64,000 nt of DNA from an uncultured delta proteobacterium (GTDB taxonomy: Bacteria > Bdellovibrionota > FAC87 > UBA2466). The stretch spans positions 64,001 through 128,000 of the forward strand of contig CAVZSV010000005.1 in NCBI GenBank assembly GCA_963778115.1, read 5' to 3'. A model generated the notes under the pieces. The model did not search any database, had not been told where the DNA came from, and saw only the letters and a list, made by a program, of their open reading frames with translations. Positions 20,289 through 30,679 of the stretch are shown here, in pieces; the stretch's first letter is position 1, and every line of letters begins with the position of its first letter. The translations under genes were made by a program, and so were the position numbers.

Positions 20289-20511
20289 GCTTACCCCCAA
20301 TAGATTTACCTAAACCTATTTGAGAGGGCGAAGCCAGCCCTATTTTTTGGAGTGTGCAGACACCCCCCGATAAAGGAAAGGATCCATTGGCTTTTCGTCG
20401 ATGGTCCCTGTCGCGTTTTTGAGACAATCTATCTTATTGCGTATGGATCGAAACTCATCTTGTTTTGAGGGACCAAATCGGTATATGCGCCTGCAACATT
20501 TATGGAGGTAA

Positions 20512-21258
20512 GTGATGAAGTACTGTTTGGTTCTGTTGTTGGTAGTGGTGGTTACTGCGTGCAGTGATGATAAGCACGATGCCGGAAATGGAGGAGGCGA
20601 TGGCTTCTCCGGTGGCGGGTCGGGAATGGGCAGCTCCCAGCCTGCTTTAAACGATTCCCGCGAAGTGGCTTGGATGCGTCAAGCGCTGGTTCAAGAGATC
20701 AATTCACAACGGACCAAACTGAAGCAACAATTTAAGGACCAAGACTTACCCCCGGATATGGGGGAAAAGGCCGACCAATTGTTTGGCGAACTGGCTAACA
20801 AGATAGCCATTACGCCCGCCAGTAGTACTGAGGAGCTGAAAAATCTCACCCAGAGTGAGTTAGGCAAGACAATGAAACAAGCCATGGCCATGGCAACAGC
20901 GAAGATCACGGCCAATGCCCCAAAACGCATCGGGCCGGAACCCAAGCCCGGAGAAAAGCGAGACGCGGTTGACGCTAGTGGAAATTGCACGAACGATCTG
21001 ATGGTGGATATGACCAATTTTGCCCTGAAGGCGGCGGCTATGGCAGGTACGATCGCCGAACTAGCAAGCGAGAATCCCCCCAATCCGCAAAAGCTAAAAG
21101 TCCTTTTCTCAGGTATCGTCAATGACTGTGACACCATCGTCGATCGCTACGGGGATACCGCGGTTTGTAAGCAAACGACGGGAACGATGGAGATCGTTCG
21201 AATGTCAGAGTTCAAAGACAAATGCACCGATGCCCGTAGGCAGTTGGACGGGATTTAA
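20512..21258 (+). CDS. Helical lipoprotein, unknown function
   Basis: GGAGG RBS, lipobox VTAC, Gly-rich linker, C-terminal 4-Cys helical domain. Confidence 0.7.
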   Translation: MMKYCLVLLLVVVVTACSDDKHDAGNGGGDGFSGGGSGMGSSQPALNDSREVAWMRQALVQEINSQRTKLKQQFKDQDLPPDMGEKADQLFGELANKIAITPASSTEELKNLTQSELGKTMKQAMAMATAKITANAPKRIGPEPKPGEKRDAVDASGNCTNDLMVDMTNFALKAAAMAGTIAELASENPPNPQKLKVLFSGIVNDCDTIVDRYGDTAVCKQTTGTMEIVRMSEFKDKCTDARRQLDGI

Positions 21259-21272
21259 TCGGAAATAGGACA

Positions 21273-21317
21273 AAGGAGCGGCGCTCCGGTTTAACGGTAA
21301 CCCGGGGGCCGCTCCTT
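21273..21317. terminator. GC-rich hairpin between convergent genes
   Basis: AAGGAGCGGC ... GCCGCTCCTT perfect 10-bp arms plus inner CCGG pairing. No long U tract. Confidence 0.5.
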
Positions 21318-21499
21318 GGGCCCTGACTCCGATTCCGCATAGAGTAAGCGAGTTCCCAGAGCCCAGAACATGACTATGAATAGGATGATTAAAGGCTTCA
21401 TGAGCAATCCCCCTGACTGAATTTGCGAAATGAACGAGGTGAAACGCCAATGGTAGAGGGGAACTAGGTTTTGTTCAAACGGTGACTGTTATCCCAGTA

Positions 21500-22048
21500 T
21501 CACTTGGGTGGAGGGATTTCTCGGAATTGGTTGATGGCGTCCCAATTCTGCGCCGAGCGATCCACGAAATAGGGCGTCGCTCGGGCTTCACGCAGTGGAA
21601 AATACAAGAAACAGACTTTGGATGAGATCGTATCCCTAGGTGGCTTCGTACTCTTTAAAGAGATATCGAGACGATATCCCGGATAGCCTTCGCCTATTTC
21701 AGATAATTTCGCCTTTAACTCTCTTTGATCGCTTTCCCAGCGTATCGTTTTTGTCCAGGCTCTTTGAACGTCGTCGTAGATCGCAATGTCCTTGGAACGC
21801 CCACTGAAAGAATCACTGTCTTGCTGAAGCGAGGCCAGAAAGCTATTTCGCGAAATGGGTTTTTCCCTAAGGGCCAAGACATCAAAGGGGTCGCTATCAA
21901 AATTAAAGAGGGCGGCAACGAACATGGTCTTGGCACTTCCGGCGGTAGCGCAAGGACCCATCCACACCCCTTTTTGGGGAAGGTCTTTTACCTCTGCCCA
22001 CGAACCTACCGAGAGCAAGCCTGCCAAAAGTAATCCCAAACTACGCAT
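21500..22048 (-). CDS. Secreted hypothetical protein
   Basis: AAGGAGG RBS before ATG 22048. Signal peptide ending GSWA. Confidence 0.65.
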   Translation of the reverse strand: MRSLGLLLAGLLSVGSWAEVKDLPQKGVWMGPCATAGSAKTMFVAALFNFDSDPFDVLALREKPISRNSFLASLQQDSDSFSGRSKDIAIYDDVQRAWTKTIRWESDQRELKAKLSEIGEGYPGYRLDISLKSTKPPRDTISSKVCFLYFPLREARATPYFVDRSAQNWDAINQFREIPPPK

Positions 22049-22208
22049 ACCGGACCTCCTTAAAGTATCCGTTACCTTCAAGGTAACCGATCCCTAAGTG
22101 GCATTATTCGATAGATTCCGCAAGAGTTACCCTCTAAGGGGGGACGGTAGGCAGGATTGCAGCGGCGCGTGTTGACCCAGCGGGCGGTGGTTCCTACGAT
22201 TGCTTTCT

Positions 22209-22490
22209 ATGAAACGATACTTTGTTCTTGGGCTTTTACTAGCCGCTTCGGCCCATGCCAATCGTTGCGAATGGGACCAACTGCTTAATGAGTCGACCTG
22301 TTGCGCGGGTGACGAGCAAGCGGTGTGGAATCCTATTTATCACGAAGTGCAATGCGTGAAATCGCAATCAGGCGATAGCTGTGCCTTCGCAGACATTGGT
22401 GAAGACATCCAATGTTGTAAGACGGATCAGCATGCCGTATGGAACCAGCTCGATCACGAGCTTGAGTGTCACACCATCGCTTCCAAGTAG
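22209..22490 (+). CDS. Small secreted Cys-rich protein with two tandem repeats
   Basis: MKRYFVLGLLLAASAHA. CEWDQLLNESTCCAGDEQAVWNPIYHEVQC / CAFADIGEDIQCCKTDQHAVWNQLDHELEC. Confidence 0.75.
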   Translation: MKRYFVLGLLLAASAHANRCEWDQLLNESTCCAGDEQAVWNPIYHEVQCVKSQSGDSCAFADIGEDIQCCKTDQHAVWNQLDHELECHTIASK

Positions 22491-22501
22491 GCAATCCCCC
22501 T

Positions 22502-24031
22502 CTAGTAGACCGTCTGCGATGAAGTACACGAGGCCGTATTCCCGGCGGCATCCCTAATATTATAAGTAATCGTAAAGTTGCCTGGAGTTAGGATAGTAAG
22601 ATCGGCCTGCACTCCGTTTGCGTAGATCGAATAGAACCCAACCGCCCAACTGGGGCTGATTCCGATCGTCGTCATTCTGGCGGCACCGCTGTTTCCCGAG
22701 GGAGTGACGGTGGCGCGAGTCGTCTGGCCGATATAGGTGGGGTTACGATTTGTAGAGGCCGTACAAGAGAGCGGATTCGACGGGGTCGAAATTACAATGG
22801 AAGTCTGGGCCGCGGCACCGCTATTACACAGTCTCCCCGTCGATGCGGATCTCGCATAAACCGATACCTGCTTGGTTCCCGCACTTGAAAATTGCGTGTA
22901 GATATTGGAACCCGCGTAGTATCCCGAACCATCCTGAGCCTGGACCGAGGTGATCACTAGATTCTCTCCGGTGTTGGCCGAGATAGTAAAGGTCACCACG
23001 TTATTCGGATAGTAAGTTCCCGAAGGATAGCTCAAAGAACAATTGAGTTGGCCACTCGAAGTGTAAGTTAGCGTGACAGTACTGCTCGCCGATTCAACTC
23101 CATTCGTAGCAACGACGGTCACTTGGAAACTGGTTTGCGTGGTACTACTCACCTGGGCTGTCGGCGAAGAGCTTGAAGACTGATTGACGGTAACTCCCGA
23201 TGCGGAAGGCGTGAAAGTATAACTTGTGGGAGGGTTGATAAAATTTGCCGGGCTCGCTGTTAAGGTAAAGATCGATCCCGACGGCTGGGTCGAAGAAGGA
23301 CTCACGCTAACCGAAAGGGAAGGACTCGGGTTTACGCTGATAGACGAAGAACAGGACGCCGTATTTCCGGCACTGTCAGAGACTTGAATCGAAGCTGTAC
23401 TTTGACCGCTCGCCGAGTAACTGGCTTGAACCGTGCCCGTGCTCGGATTGAAAGGAACCGTGATGGTTCCGTTGTTCCCTGGATTAAAGGTTCCAAAAGT
23501 TCGAGATCCGGTACCTCCCGCGGCAACCACTAAGAATTCAACAGGCGTGTTAATTCCTACCGTTGAAGTGGAAGCTGCCATCGTGCAGGACAAATTCGAA
23601 GGAGGAGCGCTTTCGGGCTGAACGGTGACACTAAAAGTACAAGTCGTCTGTGTTCCATAGCTGTCTTCGATCGTAATTTGATCGTCAATCACGATGCTAT
23701 TGGAAGTCGAGTTGCTATAACTGCGAGCGAAGGTGGTCGAAGAAGTAAAGCTTGAGGAGGAGTCTCCCGGAAATTCGTACGGAGCCAAACCGCCGGACGC
23801 TACAATAGCTACGTTGACTGGAATTCCAGCAGTGACCGTGGTTCCATTGGGGACGGAGGCCGAACAACTAAGAGCGGCCTGCGTGGAACTTACCGTCTCT
23901 ATCTGGCTGTTTCCGTTTGTCGTATTTGCGTTTGCACTGGGACTACTGGGTTTTTGCGCACACGCTTGAAGAATGACGACCAAAAAAGCAAAGGACAACC
24001 AACGCGACACTGAACGTAGCTTCATTTTCAT
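22502..24031 (-). CDS. Ser/Thr-rich surface lipoprotein with HYR/PKD-like Ig modules
   Basis: Lipobox LQAC. LSC...DSAGNTASC and LSC...DAAGNTASC repeats. Confidence 0.8.
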   Translation of the reverse strand: MKMKLRSVSRWLSFAFLVVILQACAQKPSSPSANANTTNGNSQIETVSSTQAALSCSASVPNGTTVTAGIPVNVAIVASGGLAPYEFPGDSSSSFTSSTTFARSYSNSTSNSIVIDDQITIEDSYGTQTTCTFSVTVQPESAPPSNLSCTMAASTSTVGINTPVEFLVVAAGGTGSRTFGTFNPGNNGTITVPFNPSTGTVQASYSASGQSTASIQVSDSAGNTASCSSSISVNPSPSLSVSVSPSSTQPSGSIFTLTASPANFINPPTSYTFTPSASGVTVNQSSSSSPTAQVSSTTQTSFQVTVVATNGVESASSTVTLTYTSSGQLNCSLSYPSGTYYPNNVVTFTISANTGENLVITSVQAQDGSGYYAGSNIYTQFSSAGTKQVSVYARSASTGRLCNSGAAAQTSIVISTPSNPLSCTASTNRNPTYIGQTTRATVTPSGNSGAARMTTIGISPSWAVGFYSIYANGVQADLTILTPGNFTITYNIRDAAGNTASCTSSQTVY

Positions 24032-24077
24032 CTCCCCGAAACGGACAAAACCAAATTAAAGAACACTGAGAAGTGTC

Positions 24078-24093
24078 TGCAAACGCAGCGCCA
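24078..24093 (-). promoter_or_regulatory. sigma54 promoter TGGCGCTGCGTTTGCA
   Basis: GG-N10-GC, 47 bp upstream of ATG 24031. Confidence 0.6.
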
Positions 24094-24285
24094 GCAAATT
24101 GCAAGGTGGGAAAGCTCGCGTGGAAGCTAACTTCACAATTGGCGACTAAAATTGTCTAGACGAGTGTCTAACCGTTCTGCGTGCGCTTGTGGAATACACG
24201 TGCCGTACTTTCAAGGTGCGGGTGCTGTCCTAAATCAGAGTTAAGGAACTGACTGATTCCCCTACCATGGTTACGGAAAAGCCAT

Positions 24286-25430
24286 TTAGCACATGTAGGT
24301 TTTTCGAAGAAACATCAATCCCAAATAACTTAGACCGGCGGCGACCTGAAGGAAGAACACAACCCCGATTAGCTTTTCCGACGGACACAAAGGTGATTGA
24401 GGGTTCAGTCGTCCCAAATAAGACTTCAGGCTCACTAAAAACAGCAGATAGCATAACGGGAAGCATTGCCAGATAAACAGGGTTCCCGATTCTTTGGAGC
24501 CGGTCTCGGAAACGAAAAATATAACTAAAAGTCCTGTTATAAATAGCGTCAGGGTGTACCGATAGAGCCAGTCTTTTAATAGCCGCTTATAATTAAATAC
24601 CAATTCGGCCAAAGGAAACGCTATTGAAGCCACGAGGGACCAGAAAATGTGGTCGGTAAATCGTCGAGGCGTAACAAACCAGCCCAAACCAATGTGAGAG
24701 TGGTAATCCGAATAGAGGGGAAAACTGGAACGCTGGGGAAGCGAGAATAGGACCTGTCCAACAAAAAAAGGCTGGCGAGCAACACCGTAAGAATGGCCCC
24801 CTTAGAAGCCTTGGTGTAGCCGAACTTGGCCCATACAAAAAAGGGGTACACCGCTGCGAAAACCATGAAGAAACTTGGCTTCGAAAAGATATTCATTAGT
24901 GAAAGCAGGAAAATATAACGAAGCTGCTTTGGTTGCGGATCCAATAAGTATTGATAGGATTTCCAAAAGAGCAGTATGACAAAAGGCATCGCGAAAATGG
25001 TCGTGGAGTTTTGCCAGAGGTTGGGGGGAATCTGTCCTACGAGAAGGGTCCAGTGGCCAAAGGATTTGACAGGAAGGCTGAACGCAAAGAGTAAGAAAAT
25101 GGCAGCTAAAGAATAGATGGAGAGTTTAATTTTGCGATCCTCTCTCCACAGTAGAAACTGCCTTGAGACTAGGAATTTCCCAGTCAGTGCCGCACAGAGC
25201 AGAAGGATCGTTGCTATTTCGAGTGCGAGAGTCGAGTTGGTGAAGGCGGAGAGAAACTGCAGCGAAATGAAGTACAAAAAGTGAGGTGGCAGCGATCGTT
25301 GAGAAAGAACCCGCTGTGCGATTTCAATATGAAGGGGGAAGTCCGTAAAGACAGGACGAAAGAGCAGGGTCGAAAAGATGATTCCCCCTAGAGCGGCGAC
25401 TACCAGCGAGGGTAAAAGGGGCCTGGACAT
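24286..25430 (-). pseudogene. Polytopic membrane protein (GT-C-like glycosyltransferase), frameshifted near 24690
   Basis: TDFPLH, PPHFLY, PPNLWQNSTT, SKPSFF in ORF 24621-25430. It continues as HIFWSLVASIAFPL...FVSETG...FIWQ in ORF 24286-24687. Confidence 0.6.
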
Positions 25431-25659
25431 CGCTGAATTGTATCACGAAGCAGAGTCAAGCCCCGGGATATTACCGGTGGTAGCATTGAGAACCCTATTG
25501 GCGAAATAGACCCCGATGACTAGATATCTGCCCACAAGCCCTAGCGTCTATTATCTAAATAATTTTAATAGGGTATAGGGCATTAGCGGGCGGGACGGTT
25601 TTTTTGGAAAAATTGTGCTGTGTCTGCCGTTTTAAGTCGTGGTAAGAGGTCCCCCAATC

Positions 25660-26526
25660 ATGCGATTTCTAACGATCTTACTTCTAGGGCTTGCCTTGGG
25701 CGGTCCTGCTTTTGCGACGTCAATGCGCTTATCCACCTGTGTCAGGCGGGCCCTTTCCCATGTGAAAGCGATGGGTCGGCTCGGTAACCTTTACGTTCTG
25801 GACAATCCCCAGGTTCACCCGAAGTATATTCTTTGGGAGCTAAATAGATTGGATAAGCGAGGGAGATTGGTGGTCTTTGAGAGTTCTCAAATTCGGGTAT
25901 GGGCGAGACAAGACGGCATTGAATTGCTCCAAAGAGAGTTTCGAAGCGCTACCTTCTCAGGGGCGGTGACAGTACGTTCGGCGAACGATCAAATGTCTTT
26001 GGAGGAGTGGCACATTAGAGAGATTCCGTCCGAAAGTTTAGATTCTGTTCAGCGAAGAGTTCTGTTGGCGTTAACCTCAGTAAGAGACGATGGGGCTCTG
26101 GGAGGCTTAATGAGCGAGATAGATGCGCATAGCGCCCTTTTTCGAAAGTCTCTGGCAAGAGAATTAAAACGATGTAAGCACCATGCCGCTCCCTTTATCG
26201 TGATTAATATAATCAATAGAGAAATTAATAGGGAGCATTGTGACGGCGAGACGATTGCGTTCGGCATTGAATCCTTGGATTACGCTATAGGGGCACAACT
26301 TCTCTCCCCTAGTAAGAATGCGCTAACGCAGATCAAAGCGCTTCACACTAAGATCACGTTTCGCGATGTTCCCGGAGGCAGAAATGCTCTGTACCATTTG
26401 TCTCATTGGATCCGAGAGTTTCGGGAAAAAAGAGACCGAAGAAACGAATTGACCGATTGTCCGGGGGAGGTCTCAGCTGAGGAGTTTGCCGAGCCCACAA
26501 ACGTTTCTTCTGAGGCACAAGAGTAG
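25660..26526 (+). CDS. Secreted hypothetical protein
   Basis: MRFLTILLLGLALGGPAFA signal peptide. No family recognised. Confidence 0.65.
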   Translation: MRFLTILLLGLALGGPAFATSMRLSTCVRRALSHVKAMGRLGNLYVLDNPQVHPKYILWELNRLDKRGRLVVFESSQIRVWARQDGIELLQREFRSATFSGAVTVRSANDQMSLEEWHIREIPSESLDSVQRRVLLALTSVRDDGALGGLMSEIDAHSALFRKSLARELKRCKHHAAPFIVINIINREINREHCDGETIAFGIESLDYAIGAQLLSPSKNALTQIKALHTKITFRDVPGGRNALYHLSHWIREFREKRDRRNELTDCPGEVSAEEFAEPTNVSSEAQE

Positions 26527-26723
26527 AAGTCGTTAAGAAGCTTTGGTGCCTAATTTCCATCTTGTTGGTCGAAATGCGGTGATCTGAGGCGCTACATGAA
26601 TTTTTGGGAATGGGTAGACTTTTGGTGACAAAATTTCCTGCATCGTCTGCCGCGGTGATGGAGGTCAATTCGAAGCTATGTTACGAGTATAACGCGATCA
26701 AGGCGTGGCGTGCGCTAGCGTTA

Positions 26724-28304
26724 CTATTCATTCAAGAGCGATTTCATTCTAAACTCATTAAGAAATTGAGCTACGGTAAAACACTCTTGTCCGGCGGGAC
26801 ACCACCGGGGGCGGGAGGCGATAACGATGCTGGGGTCCGAATAGATGACTTTCCAATCCGGCCAAGCGTCTGCGGTTCTGGTAACAAAAAGGTAAAAGTC
26901 GTTGGGCAGCAATATTAAATGTTCAATGTGATACTTTTTAAGATAGTGCGCCAGAATTTCAGGATCTCGGCTTAGGGATACATATTCGTTCCAGGCATTA
27001 AGTCCATAGCCGTCGATCCGCGAATCAATGGCCACTTTAATCTTGGGGAAGTAATGGAAAATCAATTCGCCGCCGACGGAATAAGAGTTAATTACATTTC
27101 CCTCTATCTTGTTGGTTTCGATAAAGCGTCTAGCTTCATCGGATAGATAGATCCTCTTTTCAATTCCTGGTTTCTCCCCGACGGCGTTTCCGAAGTGATA
27201 CGTATAAAAGGTCATGCCGACAACCCAAACAAGAGCCATGGCGGATAAGGCCACTTGTGCTTTTTGCGACTTAAGCCGATTTTGAAGTGCCTTTGCTGCA
27301 ATCAGTGTGGTGACCAAGCAGAAAATGACGATGTGGCGTTGTGCGGTGAGTGAGAGTAAAAAAAATGCCGCCGCTAAAACATAATCCGATAGTTTAAGTT
27401 TTTTATAGTTAAGACAAAGGCAGACGAGAAAGATAAGCGTGTAACCGAAATAAAAGATAAAGGCTTCGCGAAACCTAACGATGAACTCCTCGGTATAAGG
27501 GGGGACCCATTCGATGATAATGGAATGAAGCCAAAAGGCGTGGCCAAGTGCCATCACGTGGTCGACTAGCGAGAATCCATAGGGGTTAATTAGGCAAACC
27601 AGCGAGATTGAGAGAAGAGCTAATAGCTCTAATCCGCGTTTCTCTGGCCTGTACTTTTTAAAGCTCTTTCGATTTTCAATCCACTGACCGGTTACCAAAA
27701 TGGCCGGGATAATGACGATCAATGGGAAACTCCCGTGAAAATTCGCCCACAATAGCGCTATCGGACACAACGCAAAAAGCCAGCCCATCTTGCACGTTTG
27801 TTGATACCGAGAGAGAAAGTTAAGCGCTAACAGAAGAAAGATCCATGCAAACGATTCTGGCCGCATGGCTATTCGGTAATGCAGCACCAATCCGTCCAAA
27901 GCAGCAAAACAAAGCGACAAAGGAGCGTTACGGGTCCATTGAAAGACCAAGAGAAAAATAAGACATGATGTGATAAGGCCGAAAGCCACTTTGGCTATTG
28001 CAAATCCTCTATCGCCCCAAAAGCCGTACCACTTTGCAAAAAGGACCGAGGGAAGCCATTCGTGCGCGATGAAAGCAGTGTCTTTGGACTTGGTAAAAGC
28101 ATATTCCAATGTCTGGGGGATGTGTCCCGTCGAGAGGATCTCTTGCCCAACTTTGATCTGTATCCATTTGTCATTGACGGAATCCGGTGTGAAATCCAGG
28201 CAGAAAATCAGCGCGATACCGCCCAGCGCTAGAAAAATAGTTAGCATGTGAAGGATTCGACTCACCGATAGGCTAAGCCTCGCCCCGACCAAGGGGAGCG
28301 TCAA
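26724..28304 (-). CDS. Polytopic membrane protein, GT-C-like glycosyltransferase family
   Basis: DKW.QIKVG..I...G.IP, HEWL, RPE, LWANFHGSF, LINPYG, IIEW.P, IDSR.D.Y. Confidence 0.75.
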   Translation of the reverse strand: MTLPLVGARLSLSVSRILHMLTIFLALGGIALIFCLDFTPDSVNDKWIQIKVGQEILSTGHIPQTLEYAFTKSKDTAFIAHEWLPSVLFAKWYGFWGDRGFAIAKVAFGLITSCLIFLLVFQWTRNAPLSLCFAALDGLVLHYRIAMRPESFAWIFLLLALNFLSRYQQTCKMGWLFALCPIALLWANFHGSFPLIVIIPAILVTGQWIENRKSFKKYRPEKRGLELLALLSISLVCLINPYGFSLVDHVMALGHAFWLHSIIIEWVPPYTEEFIVRFREAFIFYFGYTLIFLVCLCLNYKKLKLSDYVLAAAFFLLSLTAQRHIVIFCLVTTLIAAKALQNRLKSQKAQVALSAMALVWVVGMTFYTYHFGNAVGEKPGIEKRIYLSDEARRFIETNKIEGNVINSYSVGGELIFHYFPKIKVAIDSRIDGYGLNAWNEYVSLSRDPEILAHYLKKYHIEHLILLPNDFYLFVTRTADAWPDWKVIYSDPSIVIASRPRWCPAGQECFTVAQFLNEFRMKSLLNE

Positions 28305-28309
28305 GAGGT

Positions 28310-29461
28310 TTAGAATTTGGCTCCCGCGCGCTGGATCTTGGGTACTTTAGACCATTCCGATTCCCCGCCGATGTATTGTTTCATTGACTCGAGAAAACTC
28401 TCGAACTCTGTCCGATGGCTTTGCATCCAAACATACGTTTCCGGGGTTCCAGAAATTTCAGCTTCTATTTCATTGAAGACGATAGATTGCGTTCCGTCGG
28501 GATATACGAGCTTGTAACAATCTAAGATGATCGAAGACACTGGCGTTCGAAAATTAGGGTCGTCTGACCATACTCTTAGCACCAAGCGATGATTGGGAAG
28601 ATCCGCCGTTGGTATCAGATCAGACGCGTCTACGGAAAGACCGTTGGCTTTGAGAAGCTCTCCCAATGGGGCCCTTAGATCTGGAACAGGCCCGTCTTTA
28701 GAGACGGGAAACGAATGTTCCTCACGTCGATGATCTAAGGAATCCCCCTCTACGGGAACTTTAAGTGTCACTTTTCTTCCGAAAACCACCCCATTCTCTC
28801 CCGATTTGGGAAAGCTGTTATAGGTTCTAAGCCTTAGCGTATATCCGTTCCTGCCCAAAGCATTATCCCGAGTATCGAAATAAGTGGCGTCATATTTTAC
28901 CGCGGCAATGAGATTCTCCTGTTGAATATGCTGCTGCTGCGTCCCGATTATCGTCGTTCGTTTCACCAAGGGCCAGTCGGGCTGAACGTTGACCACTCGA
29001 TTAATTCGGTTGCTCGCTGGCATTAAGATTGGCGTTTGGCCAGTGGTCCATCTCCACTCACTGCTTAGAGGAGCATGGATGCTAAATCCATGCGAATTAA
29101 ATCCAATGAGGTTCGCGGCAAGCCCTTCCATCGAGGGGTACCTTTGGATTGCAGGATGGCTATCATCAGGATGAATAGTTGTTCTGGCTTCGTAACGATC
29201 GACGGGAGGTGTTGTTTGAGGGGGCAAGTTCGAATCGCCGAATTGGGACTGATTCAAAATGAGGCGATATTCGTGCTCCAAATGAACGGTCGGTTTCACC
29301 GCAGGATCTTTGGTTGCGGGCCTTAGACTATCTTGAGCCTCTTTTAGACTCCGACCGCAAGGATCGCTCTGTGCACTTGGCTCCTTCTCCGCGGCCTGAC
29401 TCGGCATTGCTAGAGAGACTGCCAGAAAGATAAGAGCGATCATGTAACGTCGGATAGACAC
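28310..29461 (-). CDS. CYTH (triphosphate tunnel metalloenzyme) domain protein with signal peptide
   Basis: LEHEYR, YFDTRDNAL...YTLRLR, VTLK, REEH, EIEAE. N-terminus YMIALIFLAVSLAMPSQA. Confidence 0.75.
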   Translation of the reverse strand: MSIRRYMIALIFLAVSLAMPSQAAEKEPSAQSDPCGRSLKEAQDSLRPATKDPAVKPTVHLEHEYRLILNQSQFGDSNLPPQTTPPVDRYEARTTIHPDDSHPAIQRYPSMEGLAANLIGFNSHGFSIHAPLSSEWRWTTGQTPILMPASNRINRVVNVQPDWPLVKRTTIIGTQQQHIQQENLIAAVKYDATYFDTRDNALGRNGYTLRLRTYNSFPKSGENGVVFGRKVTLKVPVEGDSLDHRREEHSFPVSKDGPVPDLRAPLGELLKANGLSVDASDLIPTADLPNHRLVLRVWSDDPNFRTPVSSIILDCYKLVYPDGTQSIVFNEIEAEISGTPETYVWMQSHRTEFESFLESMKQYIGGESEWSKVPKIQRAGAKF

Positions 29462-29582
29462 TTCAATATCGTAAGTGTGGACTAGATGTAATCGGTAGCC
29501 CCTTCTTGATTTAGGAAGAAGCCGTACTGGGGAGCCGCATTCGGCAGGTATACACGCCGCCGGCTTGTCCGGCTTTTGTCGC

Positions 29583-30521
29583 TCAAACGACTCTTCGGCT
29601 ATGGCGCTGGTTAGTTTCGGCCCTAGAATGTGCGTCTAGGGGCAGTTCCAAGGGAAGCAAGGGAACCGAGCGAGCGTGGAACAGGCGGCACAATGAAAAG
29701 AGCAAGGCCGCGGTGACCTCCCGAAACGGTTGGCCCCAATTTCCTATCCGGAAGTTATAGAACATACTTCGGATCCAGTGGTTAGCAAGTGGCCCGCCTA
29801 TTTTTTTGGTAAATAGGTGTCTGGCATAGTAAGCCCCACGTCCGAAATCATATTGCTTTAGCAGGGTAGGAACATCGCTTAATTTTCGTCGGTGGTGGTG
29901 TCGGACTCCGGGCCCTGGGAGATAGGCTAATCGAAATCCGGCCGCAGACGCTCGAGCCGCAAACTCAAGATCTTCGGAAGGAAAGAGTGTACCGTATCCT
30001 AGGAGCTCGTCGAAACCTCCGATGGTTTGCACTACTTTTCGACGGACAGCAAAATTTGCACCCTGAATTGGGCCCGCCGGTATAAATGCATGGACATCAA
30101 AAAGTATCTCTACTCGGCTGGTATTTATGGTGTAAGGGGCATCGGTTTCACAGTGAAGTTCGATTCTGCCCGCAAGAAAATCGATCGGACGAAGTTGAAA
30201 AGCAAGGTCAATCTCTTTGAGAAAGTCAGGCTCAGGATAGCAGTCGTCGTCAGTAAAAGCGAAAATGTCTCCACTCGCTAGGCAAAGCCCTCTGTTTCTT
30301 GCTCTACTTAAGCCGGGAATACTCTCACGGGAGTAAGTGACGCTAAAAGCAACGCGCTTGCTAAATCCTAGGACCAAGCTTTCCGTCTCCGCCCTGGGTT
30401 CGTTGTCTACCACAATGAGCTCCCACTGGCGGGCAGGGAACGACAGTAGGGCAAGCGATTCTAGGCAAGCCGCGAGCCGCGCCTCGCGATTCAGAGTACA
30501 GACTATTAGCGAAATCTTCAT
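29583..30521 (-). CDS. Glycosyltransferase family 2
   Basis: ISLIVCTLNR, ELIVVDN, GLSRARNRG, FTDDD, GANFAVRR...GGFDE, EDLE. Confidence 0.92.
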   Translation of the reverse strand: MKISLIVCTLNREARLAACLESLALLSFPARQWELIVVDNEPRAETESLVLGFSKRVAFSVTYSRESIPGLSRARNRGLCLASGDIFAFTDDDCYPEPDFLKEIDLAFQLRPIDFLAGRIELHCETDAPYTINTSRVEILFDVHAFIPAGPIQGANFAVRRKVVQTIGGFDELLGYGTLFPSEDLEFAARASAAGFRLAYLPGPGVRHHHRRKLSDVPTLLKQYDFGRGAYYARHLFTKKIGGPLANHWIRSMFYNFRIGNWGQPFREVTAALLFSLCRLFHARSVPLLPLELPLDAHSRAETNQRHSRRVV

Positions 30522-30679
30522 CGGCTTGAAAGAGACGACGATCTCTGCCGCCGTTCCCGACCTCCTTATGTTCTCATCGATTACATCGGACGAAAAAACA
30601 AATATATTTATCTTATCTGCCACTTTTAGTTAACGCGCCGATCCTGTGTAACGCGTTATAAGCGGGGTGGCAGGAGATT

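Noticed and set aside
22145..22203. sigma54-like motifs upstream of the Cys-repeat mini-protein
   Set aside because: GG-to-GC spacing is 11, not the required 10.
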